Below are positions 32,277 through 41,877 of a DNA stretch of 64,000 bases, one piece after another. Every line of letters begins with the position of its first letter. Position 1 is the first letter of the stretch. Under the pieces are notes generated by a model, which was not told where the DNA came from, did no database searches, and saw nothing but the letters and a program-made list of their open reading frames with translations. The stretch is from Bdellovibrionales bacterium (lineage in GTDB: Bacteria; Bdellovibrionota; Bdellovibrionia; Bdellovibrionales; UBA1609). The stretch is from contig JAIBAM010000001.1 in the NCBI GenBank assembly GCA_019695175.1, positions 277,689 through 341,688 on the forward strand, written 5' to 3'. Position numbers and translations under genes: made by a program.

Positions 32277-33188
32277 GTGAGAATCGCCGCTCTGGATTTA
32301 GGATCCAATACTTTTTTGCTTACCATTGCTCAAGTTGAGAATAAAAAAATTTTTAAAATTCTGCATGATGAGACTCGAGTGGTTAAGCTCGGCCAGGGGG
32401 TAGGGCAAACGCAAAGTTTCAACCCTCAGGCTTTGTTAAGGGCTCGTGATTGTCTTTCTGATTATGCACAAATCATCAAAGACTTTGATTGTTCTTTGGT
32501 AAATGCAATTGCTACAAGTGCGGCCCGTGATGCAAAAAATGGTGAGGAACTCATTAGTATTGGACAGAAGTTAAATATACCAATTCAAATTCTTTCTGGA
32601 AATGAAGAAGCTGAACTTACCTATTTAGGATCATTGATTGATCAGGAAGAATCCCCTGGGCTTTTGGTGGTGGATATTGGGGGGGGATCTACAGAATTTA
32701 TTGGAAGAAAAATGGATGGTACCCTGTATGGAAAAAGCCTTAATATTGGAAGTGTTAGACTCACGGAAAAGTTTTTGCCTGATCACCCGTGTTCCGAATC
32801 GCAATTAAAAACACTCGATTTCTTCATTGCACAAGAACTCAAAGTTCATTTAGGTGGTTTTCCTAGACCCGTTGTAAAGATGGTTGCTGTCGCTGGTACA
32901 CCAACCTCCTTGGTCATGCTTCAGAAACAAATAGAATTCAATGAAAAATTCATTCATGGTGAAAGACTATTGCCACAGGACATTTGGAATTGGCGACTTC
33001 GATTGGCGCAATTAAATCTTCAGTCCAGAGTACTTCTCCCAGGCATGCAAAAGGATCGGGCAGATGTGCTTGTTGCCGGGGTGAGTATTTTGGCCGCCGT
33101 TGCGGATTTCTTTGATCCAAAATTGATTATGGTTTCAACGAAAGGTATTCGCTATGGAGTTTTACTTGAACAGATTCGGAATTTATAA
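32277..33188 (+). CDS. Ppx/GppA family phosphatase
   Basis: ASKHA-fold motifs IAALDLGSNTFLL and VVDIGGGSTEF. GTG start. Confidence 0.85.
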   Translation: MRIAALDLGSNTFLLTIAQVENKKIFKILHDETRVVKLGQGVGQTQSFNPQALLRARDCLSDYAQIIKDFDCSLVNAIATSAARDAKNGEELISIGQKLNIPIQILSGNEEAELTYLGSLIDQEESPGLLVVDIGGGSTEFIGRKMDGTLYGKSLNIGSVRLTEKFLPDHPCSESQLKTLDFFIAQELKVHLGGFPRPVVKMVAVAGTPTSLVMLQKQIEFNEKFIHGERLLPQDIWNWRLRLAQLNLQSRVLLPGMQKDRADVLVAGVSILAAVADFFDPKLIMVSTKGIRYGVLLEQIRNL

Positions 33189-33699
33189 ATTAAAAAAACA
33201 AATTTTGTTTTTATTTGTCATTTTTTCACCAACTTCTTTTGCGGAGGTGGAATTTGCTAAAATTAATATTAAATTGGGTCCATACTCACTTAGTGTTGAG
33301 GTTGCGGAAAGTGACCCTCAAAGGGCTCAAGGACTTATGTTTAGAAAAAAATTAGACGAGTATCAGGGAATGCTTTTTGTTTTTGAAAAACCCCAGACTC
33401 TTTCTTTTTGGATGAAAAATACCGAGATTCCACTTTCTATTGGATTCTTTGATTCTCAGTTAAAACTTTTCGACATACACGATATGAACCCAGTGAGCGT
33501 TTTAGAAAAGGAAATGCCTAAATATGTGAGCCGTGGGAGGGCGCTGTTGGCTTTGGAAGTTCAACAAGGTTGGTTTAAAAATAAAAACATAAAAAGGGGA
33601 ACAAGGTTACACATAGAAAATCAAAAGGGAAAAGAAATTCCAACTCTACTAAGATCTATTTTGTCTCGACAAAAGTCTCTCTCAAAAATAAATAAATAA
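33154..33699 (+). CDS. DUF192 domain secreted protein
   Basis: Signal peptide, then RAQGLMFRKKL..GMLFVF...FWMKNTEIPLSIGFFD, which is the DUF192 pattern. The ORF overlaps the ppx end by 35 nt, so the start is uncertain. Confidence 0.7.
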   Translation: MEFYLNRFGIYKLKKQILFLFVIFSPTSFAEVEFAKINIKLGPYSLSVEVAESDPQRAQGLMFRKKLDEYQGMLFVFEKPQTLSFWMKNTEIPLSIGFFDSQLKLFDIHDMNPVSVLEKEMPKYVSRGRALLALEVQQGWFKNKNIKRGTRLHIENQKGKEIPTLLRSILSRQKSLSKINK

Positions 33700-33809
33700 A
33701 ATTTATCCAAGTCTTAAGGCTGGTCAAACTAATAGAACTTTTTTTGCAAAAACTCCTATGATTTAATTGAATCTGACAAGCTCAGATTTTTTCAATCGAG
33801 GTCGGTATT

Positions 33810-35162
33810 ATGCGGAAAAATATTTTGTGTATCCTTCTAGCTATTGTTTTTGCAGTGAGTTTAAATGGTTGTACCTCTAAAAAGGCAACAGAAGAAACAA
33901 CAGCCGATATGGCTGAGGTTTCTGAAGATGGAATGGACACAGAATCTAGTGATATGGCAAAATCGGAGGATTCGGAGGGGTTAGGAGGTGAAGAACTTTC
34001 ACCAGATGAGAAACTTCCTGAAGATGATATCGCTAGCAATGAAGCCCTTCCTGAGGATAATTCAGCAGGTTCTTCCGATGAGTTTGCATCGCCAGACGCG
34101 AATAATTCTACGCCAGGATCAGAAGCTGAAAAAAACCATGAAATGCCTTCCACCGCGGAGACTACTCCACCTGCTGGCGACATGACTCAAACACCACCGC
34201 CAATGACTGAAACTCCCAGTGAGGTTATGCCAACAGAAGAGATGCCTCCAAAAGCTTCTGTGTCTTTGAAGAAAGTTGTGGATGCGCCCTATGATCAATC
34301 GGGAATAAATGTAAATACTGTTTATTTAGCAAGAAAAGGCGACACTTTAGATACTGTAGCCACAAAAATCTATGGAACTACTGACAAAAAACCAGAGTTG
34401 GTTAAAATAAATTCCTTTTTAAAATCAAGAGAAGTGAAGGTGGGTGACAAAATTTATTATAGTTCACCCCATAGGGCTGCAGATAAAGAAAGAATGCTTA
34501 CCTTTTATGAAGATATGGGTGCCACCGCACAAACCTATGTTGTCAGTAAGCCTGAAAATATAAGGGATGTGGCAAAAAATCTTTTAGGTGACAGTAATAG
34601 CTGGAAAGAATTGTGGGCAACAAATATGGAAGTCGAGTCCAAAGGTGTTCTTCCGGAAGGAACACAACTGCGGTATTGGAGTGGTCCAGTAGCTGCACCC
34701 ACTCTCGCTGAGGGGCCCAAGAATAATTCAATGGATGAAATAGGAGAAGTTCCACCTCAACCCAATCAAAACTTAGCCCAAACACCACCGCCTGCAGGAG
34801 GCATGGAGCCTCAGGAACATATGGGGCAAGGAGGACTACCCCCACAAGAACAAGGGTCAATGGGGTCTGGTGGAGCCCCACAACCACAAGCTGAAGTTCC
34901 TCCACCACCACCTCCACCAGAGCCAGTCCATGAAATGTCACCACCACCACCGCCGCCTCCCCCTGTGGCTGAAACCCAAACGAAGGAATCTGGTGAGGGC
35001 AATTCCATTATGGGATTCTTGGAAAATCCAGATCAGACAATGACAATTGGTGTTGCGGCTATTGTCTTACTGGGTGCAGTGGCGTTGTTTGTGGTGATTA
35101 GAAAGCGTCGGGCTCGAAGAAATATTGATTTTCATACTTCAACACAAACACAAATAGAATGA
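33810..35162 (+). CDS. LysM-domain lipoprotein with acidic and proline-rich low-complexity regions and a C-terminal TM anchor
   Basis: Lipobox SLNGC. Acidic S/E/D-rich ~130 aa. LysM-like YLARKGDTLDTVATKIYG. PPPPPPPEP / PPPPPPP runs. C-terminal TM followed by RKRRARR. Confidence 0.75.
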   Translation: MRKNILCILLAIVFAVSLNGCTSKKATEETTADMAEVSEDGMDTESSDMAKSEDSEGLGGEELSPDEKLPEDDIASNEALPEDNSAGSSDEFASPDANNSTPGSEAEKNHEMPSTAETTPPAGDMTQTPPPMTETPSEVMPTEEMPPKASVSLKKVVDAPYDQSGINVNTVYLARKGDTLDTVATKIYGTTDKKPELVKINSFLKSREVKVGDKIYYSSPHRAADKERMLTFYEDMGATAQTYVVSKPENIRDVAKNLLGDSNSWKELWATNMEVESKGVLPEGTQLRYWSGPVAAPTLAEGPKNNSMDEIGEVPPQPNQNLAQTPPPAGGMEPQEHMGQGGLPPQEQGSMGSGGAPQPQAEVPPPPPPPEPVHEMSPPPPPPPPVAETQTKESGEGNSIMGFLENPDQTMTIGVAAIVLLGAVALFVVIRKRRARRNIDFHTSTQTQIE

Positions 35163-35215
35163 GGGTTCGTTCAGAAGCTCTAAATCTTGTTCAAAAATAC
35201 TATAACAAAAAGTGA

Positions 35216-35587
35216 TCAACTCACTCTTTTGATGATATCATTGAGTACTGATTTTCGACTTTCCCTAGTGGATTCAACAAAATACATTAAGTCATCAACA
35301 ATTTGGACGTCTCGATTATTAAAAGGTTGAAACTTCAAGCCACAACCGACATTATTTTTCCAAACAATAGTAGCACTGATATTTCTTTTTCGACCGCTGA
35401 CAATAAAGGTTACTATAATTTTGTCACTCGCGGCTAAAGCGCTGGATGTGGTTTCAAGAAAGGCTCCCGTTAGGCTGATATTCCGCAAATGACCTGAGAC
35501 ACTATTACGAGCATAACTGCGTCGAAATGAGACTTCCATATTGAGTGGTAGGCGAGGAGCTGGAGTGTGATCTATTGTGTTATTCAT
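35216..35587 (-). CDS. PilZ domain protein (c-di-GMP receptor candidate)
   Basis: RRSYAR (RxxxR) and NISLTGA (D/NxSxxG) motifs in a 123-aa protein. RBS aaagga. Confidence 0.8.
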   Translation of the reverse strand: MNNTIDHTPAPRLPLNMEVSFRRSYARNSVSGHLRNISLTGAFLETTSSALAASDKIIVTFIVSGRKRNISATIVWKNNVGCGLKFQPFNNRDVQIVDDLMYFVESTRESRKSVLNDIIKRVS

Positions 35588-35692
35588 AGTGATCCTTTCC
35601 CTATTAACGTCTAGTTAAGACACTTATCGGATCAATATTAGAAATATATAAGTTTGAGTGATACGGAATATTATTATTAACCGGATAACTGA

Positions 35693-36658
35693 TTAATGTT
35701 TCTTGCGTTTTTTTTCTTGAGACCGGCTTACATACCATGAGCCAAGACTGGCTGTAATTAAGACGGAAAAAACGACCAATAATGAGACCCAATTGGGGAT
35801 TTTTACAAAATCAACAATCAGCATTTTGGCACCAATAAAACCCAATATAACGGCCAATCCTGGCTTCAAATAACGTAACTTATTGACCCAATCTGCCAAA
35901 ACAAAATAAAGCGCTCGAAGTCCTAAAATAGCTAAAATATTGGAAGCAAAAGCAACGAAAGCATCTTGAGTGACAGCAAAAACAGCTGGGATAGAATCCA
36001 CGGCAAAAATAAGATCAGTCATTTCTACAACCACAAGTGCCACAAATAAAGGAGTTGCCTTGCGCACCCCATGTTCTTTTATAAAAAATTGGTCGTCCTT
36101 AAAGGTGGAAGTTGTAGGAATGAGCCGTTTAAGCCATATAACCACTTGGTTTTCCTTTAACTTTTCTGACTCTTCATCTTCATTGTCTTTTAAAAATTTT
36201 ATAGCTGTAAATACGAGAACAGCACCAAAAACATATAGAATCCAGTGAAAATGATGCAGGAGTTTGGCTCCCAAAATGATAAAAAGGGCCCTGAGTATAA
36301 TAGCGCCAAGCACTCCATAAAATAGAATTCGGTGTTGAAACTTATTGGGAATGCGAAAGGAGTTAAAGATAAGCAAAATGACAAAAAGATTGTCGACACT
36401 CAGGCTTTTTTCCACCAAATATCCAGTGAGAAACTCTAGTCCCAATTCTTTTCCAAAACGAGATCCAAACCAAAGATTAAAAATAAGGGCCACAGTGATC
36501 CAAAGAATGCTTTCGATAAGGGCTTTTTTTCGAGATATTCCCTGGGAGTTTTTACCAAATAAGCTCATGTCTATAATGAGAAGGGATAAGACTCCTAAAG
36601 AGAATGAAACCCAAAGCCAAGTGGGTGCAACTGTAAGTACGGTCTGATTCAGATTCAT
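35693..36658 (-). CDS. TerC family integral membrane protein
   Basis: A multi-TM protein with the LSVDNLFV and DLIFAVDSIPA motifs typical of TerC/Alx. Confidence 0.85.
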   Translation of the reverse strand: MNLNQTVLTVAPTWLWVSFSLGVLSLLIIDMSLFGKNSQGISRKKALIESILWITVALIFNLWFGSRFGKELGLEFLTGYLVEKSLSVDNLFVILLIFNSFRIPNKFQHRILFYGVLGAIILRALFIILGAKLLHHFHWILYVFGAVLVFTAIKFLKDNEDEESEKLKENQVVIWLKRLIPTTSTFKDDQFFIKEHGVRKATPLFVALVVVEMTDLIFAVDSIPAVFAVTQDAFVAFASNILAILGLRALYFVLADWVNKLRYLKPGLAVILGFIGAKMLIVDFVKIPNWVSLLVVFSVLITASLGSWYVSRSQEKKRKKH

Positions 36659-36710
36659 GTTTAATTCCTTTGATCGTTTATGATACTCACTTCGGAAGTC
36701 CTGCGTCTCT

Positions 36711-36756
36711 ATATTACAAAATTACAAAAATACAATATTACAACCTACATTACAGG
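36711..36756. repeat. cluster of ATTACA hexamers in the TerC 5' region
   Basis: Perfect ATTACA at 36713, 36721, 36737 and 36749. ATATTACAA occurs twice, 24 bp apart. Confidence 0.6.
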
Positions 36757-36766
36757 CTGCAAAATT

Positions 36767-36822
36767 CTTAAGTTGTTGTGTTCAGTTGGCGCTGTAACTT
36801 CTGGCTTCAAGTCTTCCTTTTT
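36767..36822 (+). repeat. intergenic repeat, copy A
   Basis: ttaagttgttgtgttcagttggcgctgtaacttctggcttcaagtc aligns to 39556-39609. By hand count this is 35 matches, 6 mismatches and 4 gapped positions. Confidence 0.6.
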
Positions 36823-37004
36823 CAAAATCCGTTTAGATTTTTCCTGTAGTCTTACTTGTGTGCGAGGCAAATTCATCCAAAAAATTAGAAAATTTTTCCA
36901 AAGGACTCTGTAAACTTCACTATTTTAATTAGATGAATTGTAACGTAAAACTTTTATTTATAATCCCACAATAGTCATTTATCTCACATCAAATTAAACA
37001 GGGG

Positions 37005-38492
37005 TTGGTTGTTAAAAACTCATTTATATATCTAACAGTATTTTTATTTTTTGTGGTTCCATCTTCGTTTTTAAGAGCTGAGGAATCTATTCCTTGGTCC
37101 CCGATCCGATGGAAAAAAGGGGAAGATCCTCTTGATCCTTTCAAAAGTCCATTATCTCCTTCCTTAAGCTTTGAGACCACAGCTACGATGACATCCGAAA
37201 GTGCGGGTATTAAGGGTCTTGATCTCTCACAGTCTGCTCTGACCCTGATTTGGGGGCGGGATATGGCAATGGAAGCAAGAAATATTCTTGCGGATAAAAG
37301 TCAATTGAATCGAACCCCCATTTTCAGTGTGGGTATCGTAGTCAAATTGTCCTCTGTACCTTGGTTACAACAAGGCCGGGCCAGGGCGCGAGTAACGGAA
37401 AGTGCGGATGTGGTCATTGCGAGGACCCGATTAAGTTATTACGCTCAAATTGAAAAACAAGTTCGAGCCGCTGTGGCCGCCAATTCATCCATTCCAGCTT
37501 TTGCCAAACCTGCTATTCAAGCAAAAACTATCGCCAATTTTAAAAAAGAGGTGGATGCAAGATTGGCGCAGGTACAGCAGGCAACTCACCAAGAAATAGA
37601 TCAGCGAATTGATCAAATTTTTGCGGAGACCACATTGCAACAATTGTCGGTCGTCATTGGGGTTTCCACGGGTTCGGTCTTATTTACGATCCAAGTGGGA
37701 AAACTATTTGTCACTGGAGGACCTGAACCCAAAGGTCAGGGAACCATGACAGAATCAGAACTTTTAACTATGAGAAATAGTCTTGTGTCCAAATCATTAA
37801 CAGCCCACACCGGGGCCATCGGAATTTCCGCTTCAGGTCAGGTCAGTGAATCATTAAATTACTTGGTAGAAGGTTTTGTTTTCCATGATCGATTACCGTT
37901 TATAAATGGAAATAGTTATATTGCCAGTTTAGTGACCCAGTCTGGGAGTGCTTTTGATGATCAAAGAAACTGGTGGAAATTAAATTCTGCTTTGCTTCGA
38001 GCAGTTTTTAAAAATACATTGGGATCCTTTTATGTGGCATTGGGACACTATAAAAACTCAGGGGGTTGGGCTGGAGGTGCCGGGGTAAGTGTGAACTTCT
38101 CCAGGCAAGATCAACTGAGTATTGATATGGTTCGTGGCAGAGAGGGCTTTCTTTCCTCTGGAGTTCAGATCACCTATTCCCATGAGTTCAATTCTAACTC
38201 TACTGGATTTATCTCTTGGCAAAAATTAAAGAGGTTATACAGTCCACTTTCCGCGAGTGAGAAGGGTAACTTCGTCGATGGTAGAGAAATTGATGTGGGA
38301 GCGAAGTTTACGATTCTAGAAAAGAGCTTGGGCTCTTACCAATTACAGGTTGATGGCTCAGTATATATGGTTTCTCTCAATCAAGAGGGTGCAAAATACG
38401 ACGGGAAGTGGGGTCCCGCTGCTGGGTTGAATTTCTCTCTGGAGGAAAGAGTTTTGGAAAAGAGGGATCATTTATTGAAAAATATTGAATAA
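37005..38492 (+). CDS. hypothetical secreted / outer-membrane protein (495 aa)
   Basis: Signal peptide ending FLRAEES. No domain recognised. The TTG start is uncertain. Confidence 0.65.
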   Translation: MVVKNSFIYLTVFLFFVVPSSFLRAEESIPWSPIRWKKGEDPLDPFKSPLSPSLSFETTATMTSESAGIKGLDLSQSALTLIWGRDMAMEARNILADKSQLNRTPIFSVGIVVKLSSVPWLQQGRARARVTESADVVIARTRLSYYAQIEKQVRAAVAANSSIPAFAKPAIQAKTIANFKKEVDARLAQVQQATHQEIDQRIDQIFAETTLQQLSVVIGVSTGSVLFTIQVGKLFVTGGPEPKGQGTMTESELLTMRNSLVSKSLTAHTGAIGISASGQVSESLNYLVEGFVFHDRLPFINGNSYIASLVTQSGSAFDDQRNWWKLNSALLRAVFKNTLGSFYVALGHYKNSGGWAGGAGVSVNFSRQDQLSIDMVRGREGFLSSGVQITYSHEFNSNSTGFISWQKLKRLYSPLSASEKGNFVDGREIDVGAKFTILEKSLGSYQLQVDGSVYMVSLNQEGAKYDGKWGPAAGLNFSLEERVLEKRDHLLKNIE

Positions 38493-38508
38493 AATTAAAC
38501 GTTGTTGC

Positions 38509-38537
38509 CCTCGAAACAAGGTTTCAAGGGTTTGTTA
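38509..38537 (+). terminator. rho-independent terminator
   Basis: ccctcgaaac-aag-gtttcaaggg (9 of 10 bp paired), followed by tttgtt. It lies 17 nt after the stop at 38492. Confidence 0.6.
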
Positions 38538-38543
38538 TAGATT

Positions 38544-38939
38544 TTATTTATTTCTTAAAAAAAGAGGTTTATAAACCGGCCAATATTTTATTGCTGTAAG
38601 AAGATGTAAAACAACGATTCCTAGAGGCAGAAGCAAATTTTGAATTCCTGGCGTCAAAAAGAGATGTACACAAAATATATTTATTGAAATGGGTGCTAAG
38701 ATAACCAAAGCCAGGGCAGGGGCTAGGCTTGACAGTAATAAAAATCCGCAAATGGCTTCGGTGGTTTTGAGTAAGGGGAAAAAGTAGCCGGTAGCAAGGA
38801 TGCCATTCATAAAGGTGAGCAGCTTTTCCGGCATATCAGTGGGTGGAGGAATGAGGTTGAGCAACCCAGCGACTCCGGACAGAAAGAAAATAAGACCCAA
38901 TAGGTAACGTGCTAAAGTACTGATCAGTTTTAAATTCAT
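38544..38939 (-). CDS. DoxX family membrane protein
   Basis: Four TM segments. The N-terminus LARYLLGLIFFLSG is typical of DoxX. I preferred ATG 38939 over the track start at 38987. Confidence 0.65.
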   Translation of the reverse strand: MNLKLISTLARYLLGLIFFLSGVAGLLNLIPPPTDMPEKLLTFMNGILATGYFFPLLKTTEAICGFLLLSSLAPALALVILAPISINIFCVHLFLTPGIQNLLLPLGIVVLHLLTAIKYWPVYKPLFLRNK

Positions 38940-39196
38940 TTTTCCCCTCCTGCTGCAACTTCTGCCATTTTTTGAAGTCGTCTGCATTCCACATACTTAA
39001 GGTGACAAAGTTTATAACTTCAAAACTCGAAACATAAATTAATATAACTATTTCAATGGGTTATTGGTCAAGCCCAAGTCGAACTTAATTTCCATGGCAA
39101 ATCCTGTTTATTTTATCTTGTGTATTAAAGAATTTCTTGTTATCTTGTCGCCAAGCGTTATTTAAAACTGAGGGGGTGGAAAAAAAGGAGATAGTT

Positions 39197-39484
39197 ATGA
39201 AAATTAAAGTAACAATGATGATTTTAAGTTTATTCGCCGGAATTCCAATGGCTTTTGGGAAAATTGCTTGCGATATCACAGTAAGTAAAAGCGATAATGG
39301 TAAAGTTATTGAGACTCGTAGGTTTCTATATGATGAGGGAAACACTGATGATGAGAGAGCTGAGGCTCAGAAGGTGGCAGCGAAGCTTTGTCTCATGAAA
39401 GCGTTTAATGTTAGGAATGAATTTGCTGATGTAGAAGGCGCAATTGTGTCAATCTCCTATAAAGATGTACTAGTTATTCAATAA
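39197..39484 (+). CDS. small secreted hypothetical protein (95 aa)
   Basis: AAGGAG RBS and signal peptide MKIKVTMMILSLFAGIPMAFG. The overlapping minus-strand ORF 39085-39345 is rejected. Confidence 0.65.
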   Translation: MKIKVTMMILSLFAGIPMAFGKIACDITVSKSDNGKVIETRRFLYDEGNTDDERAEAQKVAAKLCLMKAFNVRNEFADVEGAIVSISYKDVLVIQ

Positions 39485-39555
39485 AGATAAATTTGTTTTT
39501 TTGGAGTCAGTTTGTAATTCTTAGGACGACACTGTTTTGCTTGGAAGTAAAACTT

Positions 39556-39609
39556 TTAAGTCGTTGTTAGTCGGCGCTATAGCCTCTGGCTCCAGTTTCT
39601 CTTTCCGTC
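39556..39609 (+). repeat. intergenic repeat, copy B
   Basis: ttaagtcgttgttagtcggcgctatagcctctggctccagttt. Same orientation as copy A. Confidence 0.6.
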
Positions 39610-39671
39610 CTGTCCCAACCTAATTAATCTTTCGCTCTGAGTTGCTTAGTCTTAGCAGTTGCAACCAGGTT

Positions 39672-40769
39672 TTACGAGTTACTTCCACCTCGGTTTTTGA
39701 GCCAAAAGGTCTTTTTTTGAAAAGATTGTCCATTGATGTTTATTTGTAAATAATGTTTGCCTGGGTAATGGGTTCGGGTGGTTCTCTGTTTGAGGGAATG
39801 TTTACGGGACAAGGTGTGGGAGCCTTTTGCAAAATTCTTTTCAGTTAACTTAAATACTTTTTGTCCATAGGATCCATTTTTCTTTAAATAATAAATAACA
39901 AAATTGATTTTGAGTTTTTGTTCTTGGTTTAGAGCTAAGTTGAAATTGAATTCAAGGGTGGAGCCAATGGAAATTTTTTCTTGAGAAAGCTTTAAATTTT
40001 TTAATTGAAGGTTTTGGGGTTTCTTCAACTGAAATAAGTTTAAAGCTTGTGGATGACCCTGTTTGAGTAAAGATCTCAAACCATGTTTGATCACTCGGTC
40101 TGTATTTTTATTTTTTCCAACCCAGCGTTGGGCCATTTTTAAAACTAAATCAGGATGATTTTTGGAAATATCATTTAAGTTATTAGCCACACTTTTTCGA
40201 ACATAATTTGAGGGATCATCTTTTAAGTTTTCTAATATGGGGAGTATGGGTCGGGGATCCAAGACCAAACTCTTAAGTCTCACTCCCCATGGTAACCTGG
40301 GGCGACAACCTTCTGATGCCAACCGACGGACATGTTCATTTTCATCGCGACTCCATTCCTTCATTTGTATAAGCATTTTTTTTGGGTCTTTGATAAGAAA
40401 GGTACGGACTGCAAATTCTGAACTAAAAAAAACAGTGAAATACTTTAGCGCCCCCAGAGAAAGGTCCCAGTGATTTTGACCATAAACCTCCACAAAATCA
40501 GGAAAGATCCACAAACCTAAACCACTCATCTGAGGAACTACGGTTTTTAAAATTTCCAATTGATTCTTGTAATCATCACCCATACTTTGTCCTAGGGCTA
40601 GTACTATGGTTCGGACCCGTTGTTTTAGTTCAAGCCCTTCCCATCCATTGCCAAGAGTTTTTTTGTAAAAAAGTTCTTTTGAAAAGTTTGGATCAGTTAA
40701 TGAGAGCCAGTGACCGAGTCTTTTTATAAAGGAGGGACTGATTTGTTCTTTTAATGTCTTTTGTGTCAT
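39672..40769 (-). CDS. DNA alkylation repair protein family (YhaZ/AlkD-like HEAT repeats) with C-terminal extension
   Basis: WSRDENEHVRRLASEGCRPRLPW and DPSNYVRKSVANNLNDISK are typical of the DNA_alkylation family. About 120 extra C-terminal residues are unassigned. Confidence 0.7.
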   Translation of the reverse strand: MTQKTLKEQISPSFIKRLGHWLSLTDPNFSKELFYKKTLGNGWEGLELKQRVRTIVLALGQSMGDDYKNQLEILKTVVPQMSGLGLWIFPDFVEVYGQNHWDLSLGALKYFTVFFSSEFAVRTFLIKDPKKMLIQMKEWSRDENEHVRRLASEGCRPRLPWGVRLKSLVLDPRPILPILENLKDDPSNYVRKSVANNLNDISKNHPDLVLKMAQRWVGKNKNTDRVIKHGLRSLLKQGHPQALNLFQLKKPQNLQLKNLKLSQEKISIGSTLEFNFNLALNQEQKLKINFVIYYLKKNGSYGQKVFKLTEKNFAKGSHTLSRKHSLKQRTTRTHYPGKHYLQININGQSFQKKTFWLKNRGGSNS

Positions 40770-40781
40770 GCAGATTTTAAC

Positions 40782-41843
40782 TTATTTTTTTTGTTTTAAA
40801 TCACGCCAGGATTTACCAGATCTAGCGCGAGGGTCCAATTGGTATTTATTTACGGCTTGGAGATGTTGTTCCAAGGTGCTGGAAAAAGTATGAGTCCCAT
40901 TATTTTTACTCACAAAATAAAGCCACTGACTTGTTTCAGGCTTCAGAGCGGCTAACAATGAGTCGCGACCCGGGTTGGAGATAGGTCCTTTAGGCAAGCC
41001 ATTGATTGCATAAGTATTATAGGAGTTTTTTTGGCGAAGGTCTTCTCTAGTAATATTGTTTATTGTCCTTCCGGTCTCTACCATTTTTCCATAAATAATT
41101 GTGGGATCGCTTTGGAGTCTCATCCCCAGACGAATGCGATTGTGAAACACCGATGAAATAAGAGCTCTTTCTGAGGGGGCGCCAGTTTCTTTTTCAATAA
41201 GACTCGCCAAAATAACAATATTGTGTCTTGAAGGTGGCGGGGGTGTTCCCTTAATTAGGGAATTATAGTTGGATAAAAAATTCTCTACCATCACACGGAC
41301 TATTTTTTCCATAGGGGTGTATTTGGTGAACTTATAGGTTTCTGGGAATAAATAACCTTCTAAACTATCTAATTTTTCCCCCAGTAAGTTCTTTATAAGG
41401 GTTTGGTTGTGGGCAATTTTTATAAAATCTTTTTCACTTCCCAGGCCACTTCCTTCAATTGCTTGAGCCATCTCATAAAGGTTCATCCCTTCCGTAAAGG
41501 TCAGGGAATGTTCAATGGATTTTCCTGAGGAAAGAGTTTGTAAAATTTGGTAGGGAGTCATTTTTCCATGAAGAGCGTACTCCCCAGTTTTGATTTTAGT
41601 TTCCGTTCCTGTAATACGACCTATCCATTTGAGGGCTAAAGGTCCAGAAATAAATCCGTTTTGCTGAAGTCGTTCAAGCACATGATAAAAGGACTCATGG
41701 GGAAAAACTTCAAAGACTTGATTTGGCACGGATTTGTCTTTATCTAAAGAAACGGGAACGGAAATAAATTTAAAACCTTCCCAAACAAGGAACAAAATCC
41801 CAAAAAATAAAAAAATAAGAGAACTTCTAAAAATAAACTTCAT
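40782..41843 (-). CDS. mltG: endolytic murein transglycosylase (YceG-like)
   Basis: N-terminal TM, and SYNTYAINGLPKGPISNPG plus LYFVS motifs. Confidence 0.85.
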   Translation of the reverse strand: MKFIFRSSLIFLFFGILFLVWEGFKFISVPVSLDKDKSVPNQVFEVFPHESFYHVLERLQQNGFISGPLALKWIGRITGTETKIKTGEYALHGKMTPYQILQTLSSGKSIEHSLTFTEGMNLYEMAQAIEGSGLGSEKDFIKIAHNQTLIKNLLGEKLDSLEGYLFPETYKFTKYTPMEKIVRVMVENFLSNYNSLIKGTPPPPSRHNIVILASLIEKETGAPSERALISSVFHNRIRLGMRLQSDPTIIYGKMVETGRTINNITREDLRQKNSYNTYAINGLPKGPISNPGRDSLLAALKPETSQWLYFVSKNNGTHTFSSTLEQHLQAVNKYQLDPRARSGKSWRDLKQKK

Positions 41844-41877
41844 TTGTATTACAAATTATAAGTTCAAATTTTATTTA

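Noticed and set aside
33782-34950. Long minus-strand ORFs (33782-34183, 34543-34950, 34811-35008) antisense to the LysM gene
   Set aside because: These are artefacts of the low-complexity acidic and poly-proline coding sequence on the plus strand. Their products are monotonous Ser/Gly/Val strings with no start context.
36680-36913. 77-aa plus-strand ORF in the TerC/37005 divergent region
   Set aside because: It has no RBS, it spans the ATTACA cluster and repeat copy A, and its product is low-complexity.
36659-37004. Expected yybP-ykoY (Mn2+) riboswitch upstream of the TerC-family gene
   Set aside because: I read the minus-strand leader and could not find the conserved riboswitch blocks. I am not claiming it; a covariance-model scan is needed.
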